Of a stretch of DNA of 64,000 nt, positions 51,781 to 64,000 are shown one piece after another; positions within the stretch are counted from its first letter, which is position 1, and each line of letters opens with the position of its first letter. The stretch lies in assembly GCA_951406725.2 (NCBI GenBank), contig OX597814.1, positions 6,262,001 through 6,326,000 on the forward strand, in the 5' to 3' direction. The notes below the pieces were generated by a model. It saw nothing but the letters and a program-made list of their open reading frames with translations, did no database searches and was not told where the DNA came from. The position numbers were made by a program, and so were the translations under genes. The stretch comes from Octopus vulgaris (taxonomy: Eukaryota).

Positions 51781-52465
51781 CATCATCATCGTCATCGTTT
51801 AACGTCCTCTTTCTATGCTAGCATGGGTTGGATGATCTAAGTGAGGGCTGGCGAACCAGATGGCTGCATCAGGCTTCAATCTTGATCTGGAAAAGTTTCT
51901 ACAGCTAGATGCCCTTCCTAACGCCAAACACTCCGAGAGTGTAGTGGGTGCTTTTTACGTGTCACTGGCACGGGGCTAGTCAGGCGGTACTGGCAATGAC
52001 CTCGCTCAACTCTTTGTACACATGCCACCGGCACAGGTGCCAGTAAGGCGATGCTGGTAACGATCACGCTCAAATGGTGTCTTTTACATGCCACCGGCAC
52101 AGAAGCCAGTTGGCTGCTCTGGCAACAATCACGCTCGGATGGTGCCCTTAACACCCTACTAGCACGGGGCTTGAGTGCCAGTAAGGCGACGCTGGTAACG
52201 ATCACACTCGAATGGTGCCTTTTATGTGCCACTGGCACGGAAGCCGGTTAGCCGCTCTGTCAGCGATCATACTTGTATGGTGCTCTTTGCATCCCGCTAG
52301 CACGGATGCCAGTCATCGAATTTGACTTTGATTTTGATTTCACTTGCCTCAACAAGTCTTCACAAGCAGAGTTTTAGTGTCCAAAGAAGGAAAAGGTATG
52401 CATAAGTGGGCTGGTTACTCCCCTGGCATAGGCCACAGGTTATGGTCGCATTTGGCTTGCCGGGA
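51781..52465 (-). mobile_element. RTE-tail SINE inserted upstream of the mariner ORF
   Basis: (cat)n tail at 51781 and about 5 diverged internal units. Confidence 0.8.
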
Positions 52466-53819
52466 AAGATAAAATTATTACCTGCTTTTACAGCAAGTTG
52501 ATGCAGGTAGTTTATCCTGTCTCCCCTCTGACTTTTAGTTCATACAATTGAAAAAACTGGCATTATTTATGGGATGACCCAATACAAGTGTGTGTTTTAC
52601 AACCTACCCTGAGCTCTGGCTACCAATGGTGACACTGTCATTGTTTATGGTTCAGCTGCACAATAACAGATATCAGACCTTTTACAACAGATGTTGATAA
52701 TGACACACAACACATCTGTCACAATAAAATACTAACACTTTTATAGCTTTTCTTCGGTGATAGCAAGGAAAATGTAGCGAAAGTCACAGCAATTCTACAT
52801 ACTGTGGCTGGTATGGCTGCACTTTTGGTGAAGTACCATTGGTGCTTGAGAGAAAGAAACTTGCTTTATCTTTATGGAAGTCATAAACTTACATCCGCCT
52901 GTCCATCGGTCATTCAATCGCCTTTTGACAGTAATACTGCACCTGTTACTATTATTATTTTTTTTTTTAATAAGCTTGCTGACTATCTGCGGCAACAGAT
53001 GCTGAAATTCTATACATGGTTGGACAGTGAGATTTGGCTGTTATGTCACTACCAGACATTTTCTACTGAAGAGACCAGGCAGGATAAAATCATGTCATGG
53101 CAGCTGTAGCAGAGGGTTCTTGTCTGTTAAAAATATATGGGTACATCTATGCACTCAAGACCATATACTGGGCGTAATATATATGATTACTCATTATTTA
53201 AACATAATAAGTTGTGCACTTCACTTGAGAAAAAGGTAGGCAATTTAAATTGTAAATATATGTAAAATATTGTCAATAAATATAACAGCCAACCTGTAAA
53301 CTTTCATTAATCAAAGCCTAATGCTTGGTATTTTTGACATTACTACTGTGTTATAGTATCTATGTGCTTTGAGGACCAATTCCAAAAGGGAATTATTTCA
53401 CAAGCTCTCAAAAGTTTAGAAATTCTTTTGACATCAACAATAAATGAATGCCTGTCAAAGGGCAGAAGAGCTCATGAGCCGTCAACAGCCATCCAACAAT
53501 ATGTGTACATGTGTATGTATGCATGTATGAATGTGCAGAGACATGGGAGTACCTGTGATAGTGTCCAGGTACACAGCATCTGTCTAGGAGAGGGGAAACT
53601 CTGAGAGAAAACCTGCAACACTGACAATATTCAATAAAGTAGACTAGTTCTTCTTTTTGAGTTTATGTTGTCCATGTTCAGAGAGTGGGATTGGATTTGT
53701 GCAAATCCTTTCTCCACCACAATGCATAGGCATCGTTTGAAAAAAGTATGACTTGTCAGAAAAATGGTCGGTCATAGCCTTTGTGTGTGTGGTACTTTCA
53801 ATCGGGTGATAGCAATACT

Positions 53820-54150
53820 GGAACCACATTTGGTGATAATTCTACTGTGGTGGATAGGCCTTCTTGAGAACAGCAAGGCTTCAGACATCTTGGTCCTTTG
53901 TAAGGCTCAATGTCTTGAGATCAGCCTTCAATACTTTATCCCATATCTTTTAGGGGTCTCCCACTTTGACAAGTTTTATCAATTTAAGTGATCAGTACGG
54001 CTGTATGCGGCTGTCTCCATCCACCCACATCACATGACCAAACCAGTGCAGTCCCCCCCTCCCTTGCACCCTACATCTATTTCCTCTTATGCCTAACTCC
54101 TCTCTCAATACACTAGAGCCCTGTCACACGTGCACACTAACAATGCCCAC
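53820..54150 (-). mobile_element. RTE LINE 3' remnant
   Basis: Minus strand LHWFGHVMW, with a 3' end resembling 1150-1415. Confidence 0.55.
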
Positions 54151-54757
54151 ATACACACATAGACTTAAAGTTTGCATCTGCTTAAAACCCAGTGTTGTTT
54201 ATATTGCGTTCCTTTGGGTGTCATAACATCAATGTGGCTGACAGAGGTTAATAAAACAAGTACCAAATTGAAAACAAATTACTGGAGTCAATACAATTAA
54301 TTAGAGCCACTCCACCTGCTAGAAATGTGTTATGTTGTCAGTGACGATATATGAGGTGTGTGTAACAATATATCAGAGTACCAAATGTAACCGTATAACA
54401 ATAAGCAACGTAACAAGTGTCGGTTATATTATAACCATTCACACAATACCACCCCAACACAGAATCAGTAATGAGACTAACACTCTCACAGTTTGACCTC
54501 AACTGTCTACTAGCTCCTTCTATTTATAAGACTTGTCCAGTCCACTGTCAGTCACATGGGGGAGTGTCATCGGTTCAGTCCACAACAAAATGGAAGTCAA
54601 ATTAAACACACCTCTCTATTAGATAATATTGTCTTAGATGTACATCCACATAGGATGGTCTTGATTGGAGTATTTATGATGATAGGTCTGTCTGGTAAAG
54701 GTTGACCATGGGCTAAATAATGCCAACAACTTCAACAAATCTTCATGAAGTCTAATG

Positions 54758-54984
54758 TTTACTCCTTTCGTTACTGTATTTCTGTTGAGATGCTCTGTGT
54801 TTCTTTCAATTACTTTAAATATAACAAAGAATTTAGTAAAATAACTTATCATTTAAGCTAGTGTTAGGAACATTAATTGTGACTAAGGTTTGATGGAAGA
54901 TTTTAATCCAAAACTTATGAAAACAAGACATTTGTACTACAGAGCCAGAGCCGGTTTCAGCTGGGTTGGTAACGAAAAGGTTAA
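54758..54984 (-). mobile_element. piggyBac-type MITE, family A
   Basis: Homologous to 22356-22585, with TTAA at 54981-54984. Confidence 0.8.
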
Positions 54985-55753
54985 TATTGAGCTGCAATAG
55001 TCAGAGAAGAATTTATTTACACATGATTTCTGTAAATGTTTTCATTAAAAATTGAAGAAGAACCAACAAAATTAGTGATTTCTACAATCATGTCTGAAAG
55101 CATCGCACATTCTTTGTCAAAAATGTTTCTTATAAGAAACTTGGCTTTTAATAAGAATTCTCTTTTGAGCAAGTCTTAATATGCCTCAATTTATGTAGAT
55201 TGTTGATGTTGCATTTGGTTAAGAATGTTCTTGTATAAACATGAAGTTTATCAAGAAATTTCAGGAACACCAATGTCATTAGACAAGAGACAAGCTAGAA
55301 TCAGTGGAATAATGTGAAGCATTGTCGACTCCACTTTATATGAATGAGTTTGTTGGAGTTAAAGGTAGGTTACATTCCTTTTTGATTCTAACTCACCCAA
55401 GACCTCTGCTTCCCTGATACAAACTTCCAAAAACCAGGTCAATAATGACTAAGTTATTTGACAAAATTCCTTATTATTTTCAAAACTGATTTAAACTAAG
55501 ATAGTATATTCAGCAGAAATATGGCAACAAAATGGTTAAGGAAGGTGGATGGACCGATTCCAGAGGGCAGCCAAAAGCCAATGTTACACAACTGACTAAT
55601 GAGGATGGACGGAATAAAAGAAAGCAGCATCAAAGACTGAATGAAATCTTTATGGAATTTCGATTGAAACATCAAGAAAAAATATGGAGAAAACTTGATT
55701 GCAATCATGACAGTTTTATGTAAAAGAAAGAAAATTATGCATCAGAGTATGGT

Positions 55754-55784
<31 letters not shown>

Positions 55785-56334
55785 CCATAATAAATGTGTT
55801 TCTACAATAAAATTATTGATAGAGAAAATCAGAAATTTCATCACTGCACTGCCAGTCTCTATAAATGTTACAAAACATAAATGATATACATTCAATTAAT
55901 GGGACACAGTTTTTCATGCTAATGGGTTTTTTTCTATAAGGAACCTTTTACTTTATCAGATTTCGATCCAATAAATAAGATGGAGATGTGAGAGCCGAAG
56001 CTATAAGGAATGATTTGTAGCTAACGTCATCCTCACATCAATTCTCAGACTACACTATGGATCCAAATGTTGACAAACACATGACAACAACATTTTCAAC
56101 CTTCCATTGTCTTACTCGATTTAATAAAATACTTATAATTTTACCACCCGGCTTTCTTTGTAAAATATTCTTAAAGCAATTTGGGAACTAACTTCTTTCA
56201 TAATTACAAATATCATGGATACCATAGAAACGACCACTTATTTCAATTCTTTGCCTCTTGTAACCTTTCATTTTCGTGTCTCATCTGGGTTAGAGTTGCA
56301 ACTTTGTCACTAATCTGAATATTACTTTTAAGAT

Positions 56335-56562
56335 TTAACCCTTTAGTGTTTAAACCGGCCATATCTGGCCTAGATATTTCATATGTTTTATATTCAAACT
56401 GGTGATATCTAGCCTCTCACACCTAACCTACATTGACATTCTAGAAATAAACAATCACATCATTGAAACCTCAAAGCTATAAGATAATGCATGATTAATT
56501 CAAAATAATTTGAGTGAAAAAGTATTACATTTAACAGAGTAATCTGAACACTAAAGGGTTAA
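56335..56562 (+). mobile_element. piggyBac-type MITE, family B
   Basis: TTAA-CCCTTTAGTGTT ... AACACTAAAGGG-TTAA. Confidence 0.9.
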
Positions 56563-57201
56563 ACATTTATTATTTAGGAAATTAGAATTAACAAATGTCA
56601 CCAGAGATGATACATTTACCATTCCCACCAGAAAACTCATGAAACTTTAGTGTGCCAAGAGGATCAGTGGTTTGTGATGTGGCTGAGATACATCTTATAC
56701 CAAACACTTGACTTTGTCTTTAAAAACTGATACTTTCTCTCTCTCTCTGTATATATATATCAAATTGAACCTTAACTATAACAAACAATACAATGGATCA
56801 ACACAGATCAGAGAATTTTTGATGGCTGCGGGCATGGCCTATCTTTTAGGCTAAATAAAAAATAGGCAACCAATTTTTTTCTCTCTCATTATAGAAAATT
56901 TAGCTCCAAAAACTTGACTGACTTAAGATTAGGGGAGCAGATACTTGTATAAGATGCTGTGCCATATTAACAAGTGATCCCATGGCCATGTTTGTTCCCC
57001 TAATAACAAGAAAGAAAGAATCGTTAAAAATCCCTTCCAAAGATATTTCAAACTGACAACAATCTGCCTTATATAGACCAGTGGATTCAGTTTTCATTAT
57101 TTATACCAAGTGGTGATCGTTGCAATGAAGCAACATTGGCAGACCCTGCCAACCCATGCCAACGTGGACAATATGGACATTAAATGAAGATGATGTTGAT
57201 G

Positions 57202-57237
<36 letters not shown>

Positions 57238-57740
57238 TAGACATGATGGCTGTGAAAGAGCATTCTTACCATTTCCTGAGTGAATCATCCTCCAGTGAAA
57301 TACATGTCCAGCCATGGGGAAATATTACATTGCTTGGAAATAGGTTTTGGCTGGCAACAGACAGGGACTCTGACTGTAGAAAACCTGCTTGAATAAATTC
57401 TGTCAGACTGATGCAAGTATGGGAAAGTGGTTGTTAAAATGATGACGATGACGACTCTGGGTGTGTGTGTGTGTGTGTGTGTGTGTGAGTGTGCAGTATA
57501 AGATGATGTGTGTTTGTCTGGTGAATAAGTAAGGTATAGAGTTGTTTATGTGGAAGTGCTACTAAAGCAGAGACATAGAAGCAATGAATGTCTGTGTTAC
57601 CCCAACAAAATACCAACAGAGAGTTCATGTGTATTACTTGATATAATTGTTTCATCATTGGCTAATTGTGAACAGTCTGTCATTATGTGTAGGAATTATT
57701 AAACCAGGAGGGCCTTCCGCTTTTTAAGACTGTAGGTTTT

Positions 57741-57968
57741 TTAACCCTTTGGTGTTCAAATTTCTCTATTAAATGTAATACTTTTTCACTCAAATTGTTT
57801 TGAATTAATCATGCATTATGTTATAGCTTTGAGGTTTCAATGATATGATTGTTTATTTTTAGAATGTCAATGTAGGTTAGGTGTGAGAGGCTAGATATGG
57901 CCAATTTGAATATAAAACATGTAAAATATTTGGGCCGGATATGGCCGGTTTAAACACTAAAGGGTTAA
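57741..57968 (-). mobile_element. piggyBac-type MITE, family B, inverted relative to 56335
   Basis: TTAA-CCCTTTGGTGTT ... AACACTAAAGGG-TTAA. Confidence 0.9.
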
Positions 57969-59432
57969 GATAGGATACTCGACTGCTGTTCCCAGCAAAT
58001 AGAGTGACCACATAAAAGTTTGTCGGAACAAATACCAAAGACTCGGTTATCAAACTCACACAGCTGACAAACTTGGTTTTTGTTTGAAATCTTAGAACAG
58101 TAACATTGTTGAGCAACAGTTAAAGAATACCTAATATTGACACAATCAAACAACAGTGCTTCCAATCAAAGAACATTGGCTGACCAAATATCCGAGATCA
58201 ATCAAAGAAAAAACAGAAAACTCTACTTGACTAATGAGGTTGGAAGGAAGTTACTTGGTAGATTGAATGAGAGACCACATCAAAGGATAAGTTGTTAACA
58301 AGGTTCTGTGTTTACAAACAATTAACATTCGAGTGAAAGCAAGGAAATAAATGAAGAAATCTGCCGACTGGAATATGTATTACAACAATATAAATCAAAG
58401 AATATAAAGATAATTCATTTAGAAAACAGTAAACGAAGAAAAACATCAGTGAAGAACTGTTGATTCTGTAAGTAAGTTAGACATTAATATCTTCTGTCAA
58501 TTGTTGGAAATAAAGGTAAATAGTATTAGACATTCTAAAAGTGGAATGATTTCCTTAACAAATGTTAGAATCAAGAATAATTATTATAGTTGAAGGAAAT
58601 TAGTGGTGGACCACCACCACTGCTATTTGGGCATGAGTTGGGCAGTTCTGTTTCCCTGGATGGGTTTGGGAACTTGATCTTACATGCAATTCATTTTGGC
58701 TTTGTTTCTACAACCTGATGCCCTTCCTAACACCATCCACTTTGAATCGGATGCTCTTTTTCTGGGTCTTCAGCACTCGAGAATTGTCATGTCCTTCACA
58801 GGATCGGTCAAAGGTGTAGAAAATGTTTTTTCTGTAATAAAGCCACAATATATCTTTACTCAGATGTTTACATTTTATTGACCAAATCAAAGTAATTTTG
58901 TCCAGTTCTGGCCTTCCATACACTGTATATACAAAGAATGAATTTTATGTGCATATTTAGAGTTGAACTCTTCAGGTAACCAAGATGTTCAGGTGATCTG
59001 AAGAGCTAGCTTTCTTTATTTGCATTAATTTGTGAATATACAATTCTAATGTATAATGCTGAGCAAATGTATTAGTGCAGTGCAAGCACACAGGCACTAT
59101 TTCTGGCAAACAAAAATTAATGCTACATGTAAAAGTTGTGAAACAGCTGTAAACCTAATGAAGTCATGTGATTAAATAAGTCTATATTCACATGTTGCAC
59201 TTCTTGACTTAGTTTTTATATACACCTCACAAAATAATTTTATCACTCAAGTTTTCTGGATTTTCCATCGGTTACACGGACACTACATGTTCCACTATTT
59301 TTTAATTGGACACCATGTGGACTGATGGTCAAGTTTGTAGAAGTTTACAGTGATAGCTGTACAGTGAGATGAACCCATATTTTACACTACTCATTTCTAT
59401 ATATTCTAAAGAGGTCTTAGGACATCACACAT

Positions 59433-59495
59433 TGGAGTCTGATGATACACCATAAAGGTGAATCCTTTATGGATGGGAAACCCAGGGTAACACCA
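59433..59495 (+). ncRNA. type-I hammerhead ribozyme, core intact
   Basis: UGGAGU-CUGAUGA-UACA-CCAUAAAGG(UGAAU)CCUUUAUGG-AUGG-GAAA-CCCAGG-GUA^-ACACCA. Helix I is 5/6 paired, helix II has a perfect 9 bp, and helix III is ACCC/GGGU. Confidence 0.75.
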
Positions 59496-59649
59496 TAGAC
59501 AGGCTTTCACCAGATAGAAATATAGACTGCTCTTTCTTAGAGTGTGCTTCTCTGGATTTATGCTTTTCTAATAACGATATATATATATATACTCGTGCTA
59601 GCGCGGAAAAGGGACGTTAAACGATGATGATGATGATGATATATGTAAA

Positions 59650-60270
59650 ATCATCATTTAACGTCCGTTGTCCATGCTAGCATGGGTTGGACAGTTTGGC
59701 CAGGGCTGCACCAGGCTCCAGTATAATTTGGCATGGTTACACTATGACTGGATGCCCTTCCTAATGTTATCCATTCCAAGAGTGTAATGGGTGCCCTTAA
59801 GTGCCACTGGCACGGGTGCTTGTTGTGTGACACCACTATCTACCATGGCTATGATTTTACTTGGCTTGATGGGTTTTCTTCTTAAGCATGGCATATTGCC
59901 AAAGGTCTTGGTTATTTGTCATTGCCTCCATGAGGCTCAATGCTCAAGGTGCCTTTTACATGTCACTGGCACAGGTGCCAGTTATGTGACACTGGCATTG
60001 GCCACATTGCTTCTGTGAGGTGCGCACACTCACACATATCATCATTGTTTAATATCCGCTTTCCATGCTGGCATGGGTTGGATGGTTTGACTGAGGACTG
60101 GCAAGCCAGGAGGCTGCACCAGGCTTCAATCTGATCAGGCAATGTTTCTACAGCTGGATGCCCTTCCTAATGCCACCAGCACGAGGGCCAATCAGGTGGT
60201 ACTGGCAACTTCACTTGACTCAACAGGTCTTTGCAAGCAGAGTTTATTGCCCAATGATTGAAGGGAACTC
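59650..60270 (-). mobile_element. cluster of RTE 3'UTR / RTE-tail SINE fragments
   Basis: Two (cat)n-tailed reverse copies, similar to 32800-33296. Confidence 0.7.
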
Positions 60271-60734
60271 TTAAATGGGCCGGTTATGTTCCCACAGAAA
60301 CAATTAAAATCTAAAAATATATAAATACTTATCGGCTGCAGAAACTCAGATATACTGAGGAGTCTGCGATATAAATTTATGTATATTAGCCAGAAAAGAT
60401 CTGCAATGTACTGAGTGTGCAATAGGTGAAACGTGATGCAGTGGATGCATGATAGGCGAAACGTGATATGGTGATTGTATTGTTTTCTATACTAGAAAAA
60501 AATATCATTATGAAAAGATGAGAGAATATTCATTGGCCTAAAATGTTCTGCCTGGTGTGATCTGATGAACGCGGTATGAATGGTAGGGCAGGAACCCAGC
60601 TATGTTGGAATCTCTGAGCTGTAATAGTCAATAAGGGCAGGGAACGCAGTGGGAGGTGAGGAAGGGACTGGGAAGTGTGAAAGAAGAGACACATTCTGAG
60701 AGGATCAACTGATATATCCTTGTTTGACTTCTTT

Positions 60735-61160
60735 TATTTATCAAAATCAAATCAAAATCGATGAACATCAATGGAATTTGTATTTTTGTGGTACCAGTGC
60801 CGGTGGCACATAAGAAAACCATCGGAATGTGGCCGTAGCCAGTACCGCATCGACTGGCCTCCGTGCTGTGGGCACGTAACAAACACCATCTGATCGTGGC
60901 CGTGCTAGCCTTGCCTGGCCTCCGTGCCGGTGGCACGTAAAAAACACCATCCGAGCGTGGCCATTTGCCAGCCTCGTCTGGCACCTGTGTCGGTGGCACA
61001 TAAAAAGCACCCACTACACTCACAGAGTGGTTGGCGTTAGGAAGGGCATCCAGCTGTAGAAATACTGCCAGATCTGACTGGCCTGGTGCAGCCTTCAGGC
61101 TTCCCAGACCCCAGTTGAACCGTCCAAAGCATGGAAAGCGGACGTTAAACGATAATGATG
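60735..61160 (+). mobile_element. RTE-tail SINE with four internal units
   Basis: Collinear with 2640-3017. Confidence 0.8.
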
Positions 61161-63764
61161 ATTTATGTGGTGTGTGTATGTGTGTGTATGTATGTATATA
61201 TATAAAGAAAGCTTTATATATATATAAATGTGTGTGTGATCCCATTTATAATTTCCAATTTTCCATGCTTGCTTGGGTGAAGCTGATTTTATCAAGGCAC
61301 TTTTTTAACAGCTGGATGCCCTTCCTGTTGCCAATGCTCGCTTGCTTCTAAGCAAGGTGATATGTTCCCATGGCCAGACATGTGCTCAAGGAAGATCCCG
61401 CCACCCACACACAGAGGGTAAGTAAAGTATTATTTTGCTAATTACAATACACCATAAGATGTTTTAGACAAAGATTTTTCAGTAGAAAAGTGAATGAAGA
61501 AAATAACCGGCAGAGTTTCGGTGTTGACTGCTCAATCATGTCATTGTACTATCAGATGAAAGAAGATCACTTACGGAGACCATTCTGATCAGCAGACAGA
61601 TCTCAGCATTCAACAACAATAAATCTTTCTTCGCTTTTCATTACCGTCTGCTGTCTGTCTTCCACTCTCTCTCTCATCTTTTCAACTCAGACCACAATGC
61701 AGATAGACTCCGCTCAATGTTTCACACCAGATTAATCAAAAGCAATCAAATATCGCATATCATAAGGAAATCTTGAAGATAGAATATCAAACAGTGAATA
61801 TAATGGTATTCTTTAAGTATGACCATTCTTAATTATTTAGAACTTTCCCACCCAAAACCAAATAGTCTTTTCATCCAAGACAAAAAGCCTGCAATTTTGG
61901 GCAGAGTTTACATTTAAAACATTAATCAAAGCCATCCTGCTCTCATGGTGAATGCATTATTACACTGAACTCAAATAACCTATTGATCGATATCATAATA
62001 AGAATATACAGAGAATAACCTGTTGTTCTGTGAGGATAATTAATTAAAGACTAGGTCTATCTTCAAAAGAAAATATAAATGCATTTGATAATGTTTACCC
62101 CAGGCAGATTACATTTAACATAAAGTTCTTGTTTAAAATATACTGCCCTCCACTATTTTTGATGTTTGCTCTGGCCCATGGAGCCATGGAACCATCATGG
62201 CTTACAACAAAGTACACAGTCTTCTTTATCCTGCATCACACTCTGCCCTTCAATCTCACCACTTACTTCCCAGTCTTAAAAACATCAAATAAGAACTATT
62301 GTTTACGAGTACAATATGAAATCTTTCAAACTCATATCAAATTTCAGTTTGCAGATAAAAACTGTTTTATGATAATATCTGAAATATATTTTCATTCAAA
62401 ATTACTTTCCATAAACTTGGTTTTCTTTGAAAAAGAGAAAAAAAAAAAGTGGGGGGAAAAAAAGGGGGGGGGGGAAATGGCTCATAAATATGCTTAAATA
62501 CACTGAATTTTTAAGTGGTGGTCACAAGGATGTTAGAGCACAATGCCAAGATTAGTTGATCAATATTGCAATGAGGATTTAATTAATTGACATTTTCATT
62601 CCTATTTGAAGAGTTATTCTGAAGTCTTCTTCAGATATTGGTTCCTTACATCCTCCAAACTTTGTTGTGATATTTCTCTCTGTTAGGTTAGCAATTCTGA
62701 AGATTGTGGAAGTGTTGCACACAACAAAATGAAAAAAAAGACAATTTAAAGATTTGAAAAGCTTTTCAAAAACATCAATGACACCCACAAATAGAAAATT
62801 AATTAAAATAGATGTTAGAAACTACTCCATAAATAGAAAAAAAACAGAACCGACTGAGCTGTCTATAAACTTGTATAAGTTGTCACAGAACGTATCTGTT
62901 GCATAAAAGGTTAGCCTGGAGTTCATTTTCCTTACCATTTATCCACTACATTCAGTAAAAAGTGGGGGTGGGGAGAAAGAGAGAGAAAGAGGAAGTCTGG
63001 ACATGGCTGTAGATATTAAGTACAGTTAGATTAAAATTTATTATTTAATCAGATAACTAATTAAATCATTTTAGATTATTTGTTTTGCTTTCAACAACAC
63101 AAAAAAAAAAAAGTAAAAAAAGAAAGAGATCTACTATAGAAACAATGATATTTTTTGGTAGTTTTTATCATTTCTGGCACAAAACTTGATGGAAAGACAG
63201 TTCTTGACATTGAATTGAAAGCAGAAACAACAACTTGGTTAGGTTTGCAGAACTGGAAAAAAATTTAAGAACTTAATTATTATGGTTATACAAATTAAAT
63301 TTCTAAAATGTGAAATCAAGTTGGAAATAGCCAACCTAATTACGTTTGGAATTATTGAGAAGAAATAGTCGAGATTGAAAGGGTTTGAAGCTTTTCTTTA
63401 GTCAAGTGTTGATCAAAGAATATGCCAAACATTGAAATACAACTTGGTCAAAACAAGAAACTTAAATTAAAAATGACTTTCTCCATTAAGCACAAGACAT
63501 TTGCTTCCCAACCACCTGCTTTTTTTCAGTTCAATCCCTAAAGCATAGCCCATAGGGAAAATTCCCTCTACTATGTTTCTGGCTGACCAAAAGCTTGTGG
63601 CTGGATTGGGTAGAAAGTATGCCTGTCATGTGTGTATGTATGTATGTGTGTGCGTGTATCTTTATTCAGTCTTGGACTCATTGAGGTAAAGACCTACACA
63701 ATTTGAGGCTTGTTCAAGAGATTGTAAAAGAGACTGGGCATTGGAGAGAGAATCACTGATAAGG

Positions 63765-63866
63765 GCGACAGGACCTCCGCAATGCTATGATGGACCGTGA
63801 AGTCTGGCGTAACATAGTAAATTCCATTGTCTCAACCACAGTTGAACAATGATGATGATGATGATG
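63765..63866 (+). mobile_element. 3' terminus of an RTE-type LINE
   Basis: QDLRNAMMDREVWRNIV, then a short hairpin-like 3'UTR and (gat)n. Confidence 0.55.
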
Positions 63867-64000
63867 CAGCTTTATATCTCTTTGTCTTCATATTGCATGA
63901 TGGGATAGTTTGAAATGATCCTCATCATTATACAAGCAGTGTCATTCTTTGCTAATATTCTGCAAAAACATGTCTAGTGGGGGATATTGTTTTGCTTGGA

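Larger units (their letters stand above)
50324..52584 (-). mobile_element. full-length decayed mariner (Tc1/mariner, D,D34D) with two internal insertions
   Basis: TA TSDs. TIRs ctgggtcatcccataaataatgc (from 50326) and gcattatttatgggatgacccaa (to 52582). Confidence 0.9.

Noticed and set aside
54361-54740. Possible solo LTR (TG...CA ends, TATA-like box on the minus strand)
   Set aside because: No matching TSD or defined second boundary was found.
56258-56293. Minus-strand UAACC-CAGAUGA-GACAC-GAAA...GGUUA
   Set aside because: The core is mutated, helix II is 1 bp, and no NUH precedes helix I'.
62579-62788. 69-aa minus-strand ORF or small exon (ttcag...GTAAGG)
   Set aside because: There is no recognisable homology, and splice-like signals alone are insufficient.

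Overview
AT-rich, repeat-dense eukaryotic genomic DNA, intronic or intergenic. It is most likely octopus (coleoid cephalopod), inferred from the SINE families and the (TA)n/(GAT)n/(AAT)n microsatellite load. No intact host protein-coding gene is supportable: the long ORFs in the track are artefacts of a 66-bp minisatellite, a 39-bp minisatellite and (TA/TACA)n microsatellites. The window contains at least four tRNA- or LINE-tail-derived SINE families, decayed LINEs (RTE/BovB-like, R4/Dong RLE-type, L1/Tx1-like), a full-length decayed mariner, TTAA-flanked piggyBac-type MITEs and a Penelope-like (PLE) ORF remnant. The main unexpected signal, found by eye, is a set of about 10 type-I hammerhead ribozyme motifs from at least 5 unrelated repeat families. 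Two have complete cores and all three stems (33837-33873, 59433-59495). Several sit in long inverted repeats, and one family couples a tRNA-like Pol III head to a minimal hammerhead (48588-49080). Coordinates of decayed repeats are approximate, and no folding or database search was run.
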